Source: Deltaproteobacteria bacterium (GTDB taxonomy: Bacteria; Myxococcota_A; UBA9160; SMWR01). From it: DNA of 43,223 nt. The translations under genes and the position numbers were made by a program. Location: contig JAQBHB010000057.1 in assembly GCA_032128115.1 (NCBI GenBank), positions 1-43,223 on the forward strand. Reading direction: 5' to 3'. The notes beneath the pieces were generated by a model. It was given only the letters and a program-made list of their open reading frames with translations, made no database searches and was not told where the DNA came from. The number at the start of each line of letters is the position of its first letter. The stretch's first letter is position 1. Positions 8,477 to 16,939 of this stretch are shown here, piece by piece.

Positions 8477-9478
8477 TTGGATCTCGGGCGTCTCGAATCG
8501 CTGCTCGACGGCTTCGGGCGGCTGCGACTGCTGGTGCTGGGAGACCTGGTCCTGGACGAGTATCTGTGGGGCGACGTGGACCGGGTGAGTCCTGAGGCCC
8601 CGGTGCCCGTCGTGCTCGTGCGCAACGAGTCCGTGGTGCTGGGAGGCGCCGCCAACGTGGCCCGAAACGTGGTGGCCCTGGGGGGCGAGGTCGCCCTGTG
8701 CTCGGTGCTCGGCGACGACGCGGCCGGCCACCGGGTGGCCGGCCTGCTCCAGGATCTGGGTGTCGATTCGGGAGCCCTGATCTCGGTGCCCGGCCGGCTG
8801 ACCACGCGCAAGACGCGCATCGTCGCACGCTCCCAGCAGGTGGTGCGCTTCGACCGCGAGACCCTGGAGCCGCTGGATCCCGCCATGGGACAACGGCTGC
8901 TTGCGGCCCTCGAGGGCGCCCTGCCCTCGGTGGACGCGCTGGTGATCGAGGACTACGGCAAGGGCGTGCTATCGCGCCGGATCGCCACCGCCGCCATGCG
9001 CTGCGCGTCCGAAGCGGGCGTCCCGGTGGTGGTGGATCCCAAGGTGGCGGTGGCACCCTATCGGGGGGCGGTGCTTCTCAAGCCGAACTTGCGCGAGGCC
9101 GAGAGCCTGGCGGGGGTTTCGATCCGCGGCCCGGAAGATCTGGAGCGCGCGGCCCAGCGCCTGCGGCGCAAGATCGGTGGCGGCGCCGTGGTGGTCACGC
9201 GCGGGGGAGACGGCATGACGATCTTCGAAGGCGACGGAGCGGGGCGCCACATTCCCACCGTGGCGCGCGAGGTGTTCGACGTGCAGGGTGCGGGCGACAC
9301 CACCATCGCCGCCCTGACCCTGGCCCTGCGCGCCGGTGGATCGCTTCCCGAAGCCGCGGTGATCGCCAACGCGGCGGCCGGCGTGGTGGTGGGCAAGATC
9401 GGCACCGCCACCGCCAGCCTGGACGACGTGCGGGCCCTGCTGCCCGCCGCACTCGATGCCGCGCGCGAGGCCACATGA
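8477..9478 (+). CDS. rfaE1: D-glycero-beta-D-manno-heptose-7-phosphate kinase (HldE kinase domain alone; RfaE1/HldA)
   Basis: LGDLVLDEYLWGDVDRVSPEAPVPVV, GGAANVA, TTRKTRI, DYGKG, KPNLRE, EVFDVQGAGDT, NAAAGVVVGKIGTA. No nucleotidyltransferase domain. TTG start. Confidence 0.9.
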   Translation: MDLGRLESLLDGFGRLRLLVLGDLVLDEYLWGDVDRVSPEAPVPVVLVRNESVVLGGAANVARNVVALGGEVALCSVLGDDAAGHRVAGLLQDLGVDSGALISVPGRLTTRKTRIVARSQQVVRFDRETLEPLDPAMGQRLLAALEGALPSVDALVIEDYGKGVLSRRIATAAMRCASEAGVPVVVDPKVAVAPYRGAVLLKPNLREAESLAGVSIRGPEDLERAAQRLRRKIGGGAVVVTRGGDGMTIFEGDGAGRHIPTVAREVFDVQGAGDTTIAALTLALRAGGSLPEAAVIANAAAGVVVGKIGTATASLDDVRALLPAALDAAREAT

Positions 9479-10374
9479 TCCGCAGCATGACCGGTTTCGG
9501 GCGGGCCACCTTCCAGGTGGGGGAGGCCTCGTGCGAGGTGGAAGCCCGCTCGGTGAACCACCGTTACCTGGACGCTCGCGTGCGGGTTCCCAAGCTGATG
9601 GCCGCGTTGGAGACGGCGATTCGCGAGCGCGTCGCGGGCCGCTTCTCCCGGGGCAAGGTGGACCTGACCGTGACGTGGCCCGCCGGCGCCGGCCCGGCAC
9701 CGCGCCTGGAGGTCGACCTGGATGCCGCCCGCGCGTACGCGCGCGCAGCCACCCAGCTGGCCGAGTCGGCCGAGTCGCCGGGCCTGACCGGCAATCTGGA
9801 CGTGGCCACGCTGCTGGGGCTGCCCGGGGTGGCGCGCTTCGTGGAAACCGAGACCACGTCGCCGGAACTCGCGAACGAGGCCCTGTCGGCGGTGGGCGCG
9901 GCCCTGGATGCCCTGGATGCCATGCGGGTCGCCGAGGGCGCGGCGCTGTCCCGCGATCTTCTGGGGCGACTCGACCGGGTGTCGGAGCTGACCGAGTCAC
10001 TGGAGGGGCTCTCGGGATCGGTGGCCCAGCTGGTGCGAGATCGCCTGCGCAAGCGCGCAGAGCAGCTGAGCCAGGACACCGGGCTCTACGACGAGGCGCG
10101 ATTGCACCAGGAGCTCGTGATCGCTGCCGACCGCATGGACGTGACCGAGGAGATCGTGCGTCTGCGCAGCCACGTGGACCAGTTCCGTGCGATCCTGGCC
10201 TCGGCCGGGGCCGGCTCCCCGGTGGGCCGGCGCCTGGATTTCCTGCTCCAAGAACTCGGTCGGGAGGCCAACACCATCGGCTCCAAGGGCAGCGACGCAC
10301 CCATTGCCCACACGGTGGTGGAGCTCAAGGCGGAGATCGAGCGCATTCGCGAGCAGGTCCAGAACGTTGAGTAA
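9475..10374 (+). CDS. yicC: YicC/YloC family endoribonuclease
   Basis: [69 protein letters not shown] C-terminus. ATGA overlap with rfaE1. Confidence 0.93.
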   Translation: MIRSMTGFGRATFQVGEASCEVEARSVNHRYLDARVRVPKLMAALETAIRERVAGRFSRGKVDLTVTWPAGAGPAPRLEVDLDAARAYARAATQLAESAESPGLTGNLDVATLLGLPGVARFVETETTSPELANEALSAVGAALDALDAMRVAEGAALSRDLLGRLDRVSELTESLEGLSGSVAQLVRDRLRKRAEQLSQDTGLYDEARLHQELVIAADRMDVTEEIVRLRSHVDQFRAILASAGAGSPVGRRLDFLLQELGREANTIGSKGSDAPIAHTVVELKAEIERIREQVQNVE

Positions 10375-10633
10375 CCCCGCGCTCTTCAACATCGGGTACG
10401 GAAATCTGGTGATGGCCTCGCGGGTGATCGCGATCGTGGCCCCCCAGGCTGCGCCCATGAAGCGCCTGCGCGAGGAGGCCACGAGCCGCGGCAAGCTGGT
10501 GGACGCCACCCAGGGCCGTCGCACCCGCTCCATCATCGTCACCGACAGCGATCACGTGATCCTGTCGGCCATCAACCCGGACACGATCGCCGCGCGCCTG
10601 GCCCACGAGGGGGGAAGCGAGGGGCAGCCGTGA
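10367..10633 (+). CDS. remA: DUF370/RemA family small regulator
   Basis: TTG start at 10367. NIGYGNLV...RVIAIV.P.AAPMKRL...[31 protein letters not shown]. Typical position between yicC and gmk. Confidence 0.85.
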   Translation: MSNPALFNIGYGNLVMASRVIAIVAPQAAPMKRLREEATSRGKLVDATQGRRTRSIIVTDSDHVILSAINPDTIAARLAHEGGSEGQP

Positions 10634-11277
10634 GCGCGGGCCGGGGGATTCCGTTCGTGGTGGCCGCCGCGTCGGGCACCGGGAAGACCAGCGTGTGCCG
10701 GGCGGTGATCGCCCGGAATACGGGGCGACCCATCGAGTTCTCCGTGTCCCACACCACGCGCGCCCGACGCGAGGGCGAGGCTGACGGCGTCGACTACCAC
10801 TTCGTGTCCCCGGCCGGGTTCCAGCAGCTCGTGGAGGACGACGGCTTCCTCGAGTGGGCCGTATACAACGACAACCAATACGGCACGAGTTGGCGCGCCA
10901 TCGAGGAGCCCCTGGCCTCGGGCCGCGACGTACTGCTGGAGATCGAGGTCCAGGGGGCGGCCCAGGTGCGCAAGCGCCTCCCCAACGCACGTTTCCTGTT
11001 CCTGCTCCCGCCCGCACTGGGGGCGCTTCGACAGCGACTCGAATCCCGCGGCACGGACTCGCCGGAGCAGATGCTGCGGCGCCTGGAGCGCTCCCGGGAT
11101 GAGCTGGCGGCTGCCGTCGGTTTCGATTACGCGGTGGTCAACGACGACTTCGACACCTGCGTGGCCGACGTCCTGGCGATCCTGGCGGCGGAACACGCGT
11201 GCGATGCGGCGGCCCTGCGGCGGCGTTTCGACCCGGCTGAGGCCCTGCGAACGCTGCGCCGCGCGGAACCGGCCTGA
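10630..11277 (+). CDS. gmk: Guanylate kinase
   Basis: [51 protein letters not shown]. Confidence 0.95.
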   Translation: MSAGRGIPFVVAAASGTGKTSVCRAVIARNTGRPIEFSVSHTTRARREGEADGVDYHFVSPAGFQQLVEDDGFLEWAVYNDNQYGTSWRAIEEPLASGRDVLLEIEVQGAAQVRKRLPNARFLFLLPPALGALRQRLESRGTDSPEQMLRRLERSRDELAAAVGFDYAVVNDDFDTCVADVLAILAAEHACDAAALRRRFDPAEALRTLRRAEPA

Positions 11278-11306
11278 ACCCCGCCGCGAGGAACCGGCCT
11301 GAACCC
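11257..11306 (+). repeat. 25-bp tandem duplication (1 mismatch) spanning the gmk stop codon
   Basis: CGCCGCGCGGAACCGGCCTGAACCC followed immediately by CGCCGCGAGGAACCGGCCTGAACCC. Confidence 0.85.
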
Positions 11307-11309
11307 GGC

Positions 11310-11338
11310 TGGACGCTTGCCGGGGCCTCGGGTACTCT
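11310..11338 (+). promoter_or_regulatory. Putative sigma70 promoter for rel/spoT
   Basis: TGGACG, 17 bp spacer, TACTCT, followed by an AT-richer leader. Confidence 0.4.
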
Positions 11339-11403
11339 TTCCAAGCGTCTGATATCAAAGGGAAAAACGATCTCTCATGGAACGAGGCTGACGCGGAGGC
11401 CGG

Positions 11404-13551
11404 GTGCTTCGGTTCAACGACATCGCCGACCGGATCCTCGAGTACCACCCCTCCTGCGACCTTTCCCTGCTCCAGCGCGCCTATGTCTTCTCCGCCAAGG
11501 TTCACGACGGCCAGGAGCGCCTGTCCGGTGAGCCCTATCTCGTCCATCCCCTGGAGGTAGCAGGAATCCTGGTCGATCTGCGCATGGACGAGATCACGGT
11601 GGCCGCCGGCCTGCTGCACGACACCCTCGAGGACACGCTGGCCACGGAGGAGGAGATCCAGCGCCTGTTCGGCGACTCCGTCGCGTTCCTGGTGGCGGGC
11701 CTCACGAAGATCGCGAAGATGGAGTTCACGTCCGCGCGCGAACGCCAGGCCGAGAACTTCCGCAAGATGCTGCTGGCCATGTCCAAGGACATCCGCATCC
11801 TGCTCATCAAGCTGGCCGACCGCCTGCACAACATGCGCACCCTGGAGTTCTTGGCCGAGGATCCGCGCCGGCGGATCGCCCAGGAGACGCTGGACATCTA
11901 CGCACCGTTCGCCCACCGGCTGGGCATCAACTGGATGCGCAAGGAGCTGCAGGAGCTGGCGTTCCGGGTGCTGGAGCCCGAGGCCGCCGCCGACCTGGAA
12001 GCGCGGCTCCAGACCCAGAGCAAGGCCCGCGAGGTCTACATCGAGGAGGTCATCGGTGTCCTCTCCAAGCGCCTGTCCGACGCGGGGCTCGCGTGCGAGG
12101 TGGCCGGGCGCCTGAAGGACCTGGCCTCGATCCACGCCAAGATGGAGAGTCAGAGCGTCAGTCTGGACGAGATCTACGATGTGATCGCGTTCCGGATCAT
12201 CCTGGACGGGCCCGAGAACGGGGTCTACACGGCGCTCGGCATCATCCACGCCATCTGGCGCCCCGTGCCGGGACGCTTCAAGGACTACGTGGCGCTGCCC
12301 AAGCCCAATGGTTATCAATCGCTCCACACCACGGTGATCGGCCCCTATGGCGAGCGCATGGAGGCCCAGATCCGCACGAGCGAAATGCACCGCAGCGCCG
12401 AGTTCGGGATCGCCGCCCACTGGAAATACAAAGAAGGGCGGGTCCAGGCCCACGACGACGACGACGGCAAGTTCGCCTGGCTGCGCCAGCTGCTGGACTG
12501 GCAGCGCGAGTTGGCGGATCCCCACGAGTTCATCGACACGATCAAGGTCGACCTGTTTCCGGACGAGGTCTTCGTCTTCACGCCCAAGGGCGATGTGATG
12601 AACCTGCCCCGGGGCGCTACGCCCGTCGACTTCGCCTACGCGATCCACAGTGAGGTGGGAGCCCACTGCTCGGGCGCCAGGGTCAACGGCAAGATCGTGG
12701 CCCTGCGCCACGCGCTCAGCGACGGCGACACGGTGGAGGTGATGACCAGCCGCGACCAGCTGCCGCGCAAGGACTGGCTCGAGTTCGTGGTGTCCGGCCG
12801 AGCCCGCAGCCGCATCCGTCACGCGATCCGCGCCTCCGAGAAGGAGAGCAGCCGCGGGCTGGGCCGCGAGATCCTGGAGCGCGAGCTGCGCAAGGCGGGC
12901 TTCTCGCTGAGCCGGCTGCTGGAGGGCGAGAAGCTGGCCGACGTGGCCCGGAAACGGGTGCGGGGCACGGTGGAGGATCTCTTCTCCGCGGTGGGATACG
13001 GCCGGCTTCCCGGTGCCGAAGTGGTGCGGGCGCTTCGCGGCGACGAAGCCCCGGAACAAGAGCAGCCCGTGCGCCGCCGCGGTCTGCTGGCCAAGCTGCG
13101 CCGGCCGTCGAGCGCCGGAATCCGCGTGAGCGGGCATTCCGACGTGCTGGTGCGCTTCGGCCACTGCTGCGCGCCGTTGCCCGGCGATGACGTGATCGGG
13201 TTCGTCACGCGCGGCCGTGGCGTTACCGTGCACGTGAAGGACTGCAACAAGGTCTTCGAACTCGACCCGGAGCGGCGGATCGACGTGGAGTGGGAGTCGG
13301 ACCCGGCCGTGCCGCGGCGCATCCGGGTGCGCGTGGAGTCGGCCGACCAGCCGGGGCTGCTTGCGAAGGTCACCAAGACGATCTCCGCGGCCGGAATCAA
13401 CATTGGTGCGGCCAAGATCACCACCAGTCCCGACCAGCGCGCGGATCAGACCTTCGACCTGTGGGTGACCGACGTGCGCACGCTCAACGCCGTGATGAAG
13501 CAGATCCAGAAGGTGAAGGGCGTCTATTCGGTGCAGAGGCTGCGAAACTGA
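11404..13551 (+). CDS. rel: Bifunctional (p)ppGpp synthetase/hydrolase (long RSH, Rel/SpoT)
   Basis: HD domain (RLSGEPYLVHP, LLHDTLED, IKLADRLHNMRTL), synthetase (RFKDY, KPNGYQSLHT, EAQIRT, AAHWKYK), TGS (TPVDFAYAIHSEVG), CC.P.PGD..H..DC motif and C-terminal ACT domain. Confidence 0.95.
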   Translation: MLRFNDIADRILEYHPSCDLSLLQRAYVFSAKVHDGQERLSGEPYLVHPLEVAGILVDLRMDEITVAAGLLHDTLEDTLATEEEIQRLFGDSVAFLVAGLTKIAKMEFTSARERQAENFRKMLLAMSKDIRILLIKLADRLHNMRTLEFLAEDPRRRIAQETLDIYAPFAHRLGINWMRKELQELAFRVLEPEAAADLEARLQTQSKAREVYIEEVIGVLSKRLSDAGLACEVAGRLKDLASIHAKMESQSVSLDEIYDVIAFRIILDGPENGVYTALGIIHAIWRPVPGRFKDYVALPKPNGYQSLHTTVIGPYGERMEAQIRTSEMHRSAEFGIAAHWKYKEGRVQAHDDDDGKFAWLRQLLDWQRELADPHEFIDTIKVDLFPDEVFVFTPKGDVMNLPRGATPVDFAYAIHSEVGAHCSGARVNGKIVALRHALSDGDTVEVMTSRDQLPRKDWLEFVVSGRARSRIRHAIRASEKESSRGLGREILERELRKAGFSLSRLLEGEKLADVARKRVRGTVEDLFSAVGYGRLPGAEVVRALRGDEAPEQEQPVRRRGLLAKLRRPSSAGIRVSGHSDVLVRFGHCCAPLPGDDVIGFVTRGRGVTVHVKDCNKVFELDPERRIDVEWESDPAVPRRIRVRVESADQPGLLAKVTKTISAAGINIGAAKITTSPDQRADQTFDLWVTDVRTLNAVMKQIQKVKGVYSVQRLRN

Positions 13552-13570
13552 CGCCGTGACGCCGCGCCGA

Positions 13571-15004
13571 CTACGGGCGGCGAAACCCCTTGGGATCCAG
13601 CTCGTTGGCGATGGCTTCGCCGGCCCGCAGGCCCAGCAGCAGATCGCCCTCGAAGCCCAGTCCGGCCATGCCCGCCCGGTCGAGCTGGTAGACCGGCGGG
13701 CGGCCGCCGAGTCGGATCTCGGTCTCGCCGGGCCACCCGCTTCCCGGCTCGGGATCGCGCAACAGATGGTCGGTGTCCCAGATCGCGGCCGGTAGCCTCT
13801 GGGGATCGAGCTTGTCTTCGGAGAACGGAATCAGGTCAGTCAGCACCTGGCGGAGCCGTTCGGACACGTCGCTCGCCACGGCATTCGCCGGAACCACCGT
13901 GGAAGCCACCAGGTGCACCGGGTCGTCCCACGCGGCACCGGGGAGGATCTGCACGTTCACCACGTCCGGCACGGACTCGGGATGCGCGGGATCGCACACG
14001 TGGATCACCCGCGGTCCCATGCCTTCCGGCAGCGTCGCATCCGCGGTCCGGAAGTGGAGGGACACGCGCTTGTGGCTCGCGGGGGGGGTCTGGATCAGCT
14101 CGGGTACCGGGGCCTCGCCGTGGGCGGCAGCCAGGCCGTCCAGAGGGGCGTTGAGGATCAGGGCGCGTCCCACCCAGACCTCGCGTGTTTCCTCGACCCG
14201 GATTCCGGGCTGGTTTGCGGCGGCGATCAGGTCGAAGCCTCCGCGTACCCGGCGAAACTCGCCGAACAGGGACTCGATGCGCCGACGCAACAGGGAACGC
14301 AGGCCCCCATTGCTCGAAGTCGCGTCCGCCGATCCGCCGAAAGCCGCGCCAAGCAGGCGCGCCTGGGCCTCTGGGGAGGGCTGGGTTCCGCCCAGATTCG
14401 AGAGGGCGCGGACCTGGGACGCGAGAAAGCTTCGCAGTGCCGGCGAGGCGCTGCCGATCTCGGACGGCAGTCCCCGGGCGCCGGGAGCCGGGACCGCGCC
14501 TCCCGAGCGCCGCGCGCGGACCGATAGGGGCCGCCGCGGGGCGCGGACGATGGGGGCGTCCAGCATGGCGTCGCGTTCGGCGACGGCGGCCTGAACCAGG
14601 GCGCGGATCAGATCCTGGGCCGGCTCGCGCTTGGCCAGACCGAAGGCCACCAGTTCTTCGACGCTGCGTGTCGGATCGCCCACCTCGACGCGGGCATCGC
14701 GCATGGCCACCTGGTAGGCGAGGGGGTGTGTTTCGAAGCGCCGCCGGTCGATGAGCGCGATGCCCAGCTCGCCAAGGCAGGTGCCAAACACCCCGTCGGG
14801 CCCGGGGCCGGTGAGCAGCAGGGGCTCGCGCAATCCGGGAAAGGCGCGCGCACTGGACTCTTCTTCCACCACCAGAACCCGCACCCCGCGCATGCCGAGT
14901 GCGACGGCGCCGACGAGGCCCGGGAGCGCCCCGCCCAGGACGATCGCATCCCAACGGCGGGTGTGAACGGTTTCGCCGGCTTCGAGAGCGGGGAGCCCGC
15001 GCAT
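13571..15004 (-). CDS. FAD-dependent oxidoreductase-like protein (phytoene dehydrogenase-like fold) with a degenerate dinucleotide motif
   Basis: Start at ATG 15004, overlapping the purM stop (TGATG). WDAIVLGGALPGLVGAVALGMRGVRVLVVEE is Rossmann-like; C-terminal GLGFEGDLLLG. Confidence 0.6.
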   Translation of the reverse strand: MRGLPALEAGETVHTRRWDAIVLGGALPGLVGAVALGMRGVRVLVVEEESSARAFPGLREPLLLTGPGPDGVFGTCLGELGIALIDRRRFETHPLAYQVAMRDARVEVGDPTRSVEELVAFGLAKREPAQDLIRALVQAAVAERDAMLDAPIVRAPRRPLSVRARRSGGAVPAPGARGLPSEIGSASPALRSFLASQVRALSNLGGTQPSPEAQARLLGAAFGGSADATSSNGGLRSLLRRRIESLFGEFRRVRGGFDLIAAANQPGIRVEETREVWVGRALILNAPLDGLAAAHGEAPVPELIQTPPASHKRVSLHFRTADATLPEGMGPRVIHVCDPAHPESVPDVVNVQILPGAAWDDPVHLVASTVVPANAVASDVSERLRQVLTDLIPFSEDKLDPQRLPAAIWDTDHLLRDPEPGSGWPGETEIRLGGRPPVYQLDRAGMAGLGFEGDLLLGLRAGEAIANELDPKGFRRP

Positions 15005-16200
15005 CAGCGGCTCGTGAGCAGCAGTGCGGGCTCGCCGGGTGTCTTCGCCTCGATCTCGCCGATGGCATAGGCCCGCTCGCCGACGGCTTCGAGTCGCGCT
15101 ATCACGTCGTCCGTCTCGTCTCGCGGCACCATCACCATCATGCCGATGCCGCAGTTGAACACCCGCAGCATCTCGTCCTCCGAGATCTCGCCCAGGCGCT
15201 GGAGGAGTCCGAAGATGGGCGGCCGCGGCCAGGCCTGCGGATCGATACGCGCGCGCACGCTCTTGGGAAGCACCCGCGGAACATTGCCCGCGAAGCCCCC
15301 GCCCGTGATGTGGACGATGCCGTTGACCTGGAAGTCGCGGCACACGTTGAGGATCGGCTTCACGTAGATGCGGGTGGGCGCAAGCAGGGCGCTGGCCAGG
15401 GACGTGTTGAGATCCGGGTGCTCGTCGCGCAGGCTCAGGTGGCCGGCGCGCACCCCCGTGTCCACGATCTGGCGCACCAGCGAGAAGCCGTTGCTGTGCA
15501 GGCCGCTCGAGGCGATCCCCACGATGGAGTCACCCTGACTGATGCTCGAGCCGTCGATGATGCCCTTGCGCTCCACCACACCGACGCCGAAACCGACGAG
15601 TTCGATCTCCCCGTCGGCATAGACCCCCGGCATGCTGGCGGTTTCGCCGCCCAGGAGGGCACAGCCGGCTCGCCGGCAGCCCTCGCCCACGCCTCGCAAC
15701 GCTTCCAGGGCGGGCTCCTCCCGCAGGCTTTCCATGGCCAGGTAGTCCAGGAACACCAGCGGCTCGGCGCCCTGGACGACCAGGTCGTTCACGACCATGG
15801 CGACGCAGTCGATGCCCACGGTGTCGAAGCGGCCGAGCTCCGCCGCCAGCTTGAGCTTGGTGCCCACGCCGTCGGCGCCGGCCACGAAGATCGGGTCGTG
15901 GTAGCGCTCCGGCGACTTGAACAGGCCGGCGAAGCCCCCGATCGAGGACAGGATTTCGGGCCGCAGGGTCGGGCGCGTGACCTCCTTGATCTTGGCGATG
16001 AATCCTTCATCCCGATCCAGGTCCACGCCGGCCCGGGCATAGTGGGGTGCGCTCTGCGCCGTCTTCTTCGAGGCGCCCCGCCCGTGTTTCGGGGCGCTGG
16101 CCTGGGACGGGGTGTCCGTCGAGGCCGTTTTCCCCGCCTTTGCCGATTTCCCGGTCTTCTTCCGACCGGAGACTCGAGCGGGGGATTTCGGGGTTGCCAC
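15004..16200 (-). CDS. purM: Phosphoribosylformylglycinamidine cyclo-ligase PurM, with a basic N-terminal extension
   Basis: YARAGVD, IGGFAGLF, DGVGTKL, GIDCVAMVVND, EPLVFLDY, GGETA.MPG, SSGLHSNGFSLVR, HITGGG, FNCGIG. Confidence 0.95.
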   Translation of the reverse strand: MATPKSPARVSGRKKTGKSAKAGKTASTDTPSQASAPKHGRGASKKTAQSAPHYARAGVDLDRDEGFIAKIKEVTRPTLRPEILSSIGGFAGLFKSPERYHDPIFVAGADGVGTKLKLAAELGRFDTVGIDCVAMVVNDLVVQGAEPLVFLDYLAMESLREEPALEALRGVGEGCRRAGCALLGGETASMPGVYADGEIELVGFGVGVVERKGIIDGSSISQGDSIVGIASSGLHSNGFSLVRQIVDTGVRAGHLSLRDEHPDLNTSLASALLAPTRIYVKPILNVCRDFQVNGIVHITGGGFAGNVPRVLPKSVRARIDPQAWPRPPIFGLLQRLGEISEDEMLRVFNCGIGMMVMVPRDETDDVIARLEAVGERAYAIGEIEAKTPGEPALLLTSR

Positions 16201-16270
16201 GCGGGATGGATAGCGCGACCTCCGAAGTCGCGCTTCCGATTTCCGGGGCCCCTTACGCTATCGTCCGCCG

Positions 16271-16939
16271 GTGGAGATCGCGGTGGTGATTCCGACGCTC
16301 GACGAGGCGGAGCGAGTGGTCGGAGCCATCGAGAGTGCGGCGGCACCCGGTGTCGATGTCGTCGTCGCGGACGGTGGCAGCAGCGACGACACCCGCACGC
16401 GGGCCGCGGCCGCGGGCGCCCGGGTGGTCGACTCGGAGGTCGGCCGTGCCCGTCAGCTGGCCCGCGGTGTCCGCGAGACGCAAAGTGACGCCATCCTGTT
16501 CCTCCACGCCGACACGCGGTTGCCGCTGGGTTTCGACGCGGCGGTTCGCGCCTGCCTGGAGGATTCCGGGGTGGTCGGCGGGGCCTTCCGGTTCCGCTTC
16601 GACGACCGCTCGCTGGCGCTGCGTCTGGTCGAATGGGGAGCGCGACTCCGCGTCGCACTGTCGAACCTGCCCTACGGCGATCAGGCGATCTTCGTGCGTC
16701 GCAGTGTGCTCGAACGGATCGGAGGTGTGCCTCAGGTGCCCCTGATGGAGGATCTGGATCTGGTGAAGGCAATGCGGCGTCACGGTCGGGTCGCGATCCT
16801 GCCGCTGCACGCCACCACGTCCGCGCGTCGCTTCCGGCGGGCGGGAATCCTGCGCACGGCGCTGAGACACCGGTTGGTCGTGATCGCCGCGTCCCTGGGC
16901 GTCGACCGCGAGCGCCTGGCCGCCTGGGTTCGGCGATGA
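16271..16939 (+). CDS. Family 2 glycosyltransferase, TIGR04283-like
   Basis: VVIPTLDEA, VADGGSSD, GRARQL, LFLHADT, PYGDQAIF, P.VPLMED, TSARRF. Confidence 0.85.
   Translation: MEIAVVIPTLDEAERVVGAIESAAAPGVDVVVADGGSSDDTRTRAAAAGARVVDSEVGRARQLARGVRETQSDAILFLHADTRLPLGFDAAVRACLEDSGVVGGAFRFRFDDRSLALRLVEWGARLRVALSNLPYGDQAIFVRRSVLERIGGVPQVPLMEDLDLVKAMRRHGRVAILPLHATTSARRFRRAGILRTALRHRLVVIAASLGVDRERLAAWVRR

Noticed and set aside
11377..11403. In-frame ATG-GAA-CGA-GGC-TGA just upstream of rel (possible uORF, readthrough or Sec)
   Set aside because: It has no well-spaced SD and no visible SECIS-like hairpin. GTG 11404 has its own GGAGG, and MLRFNDI is a normal Rel N-terminus.
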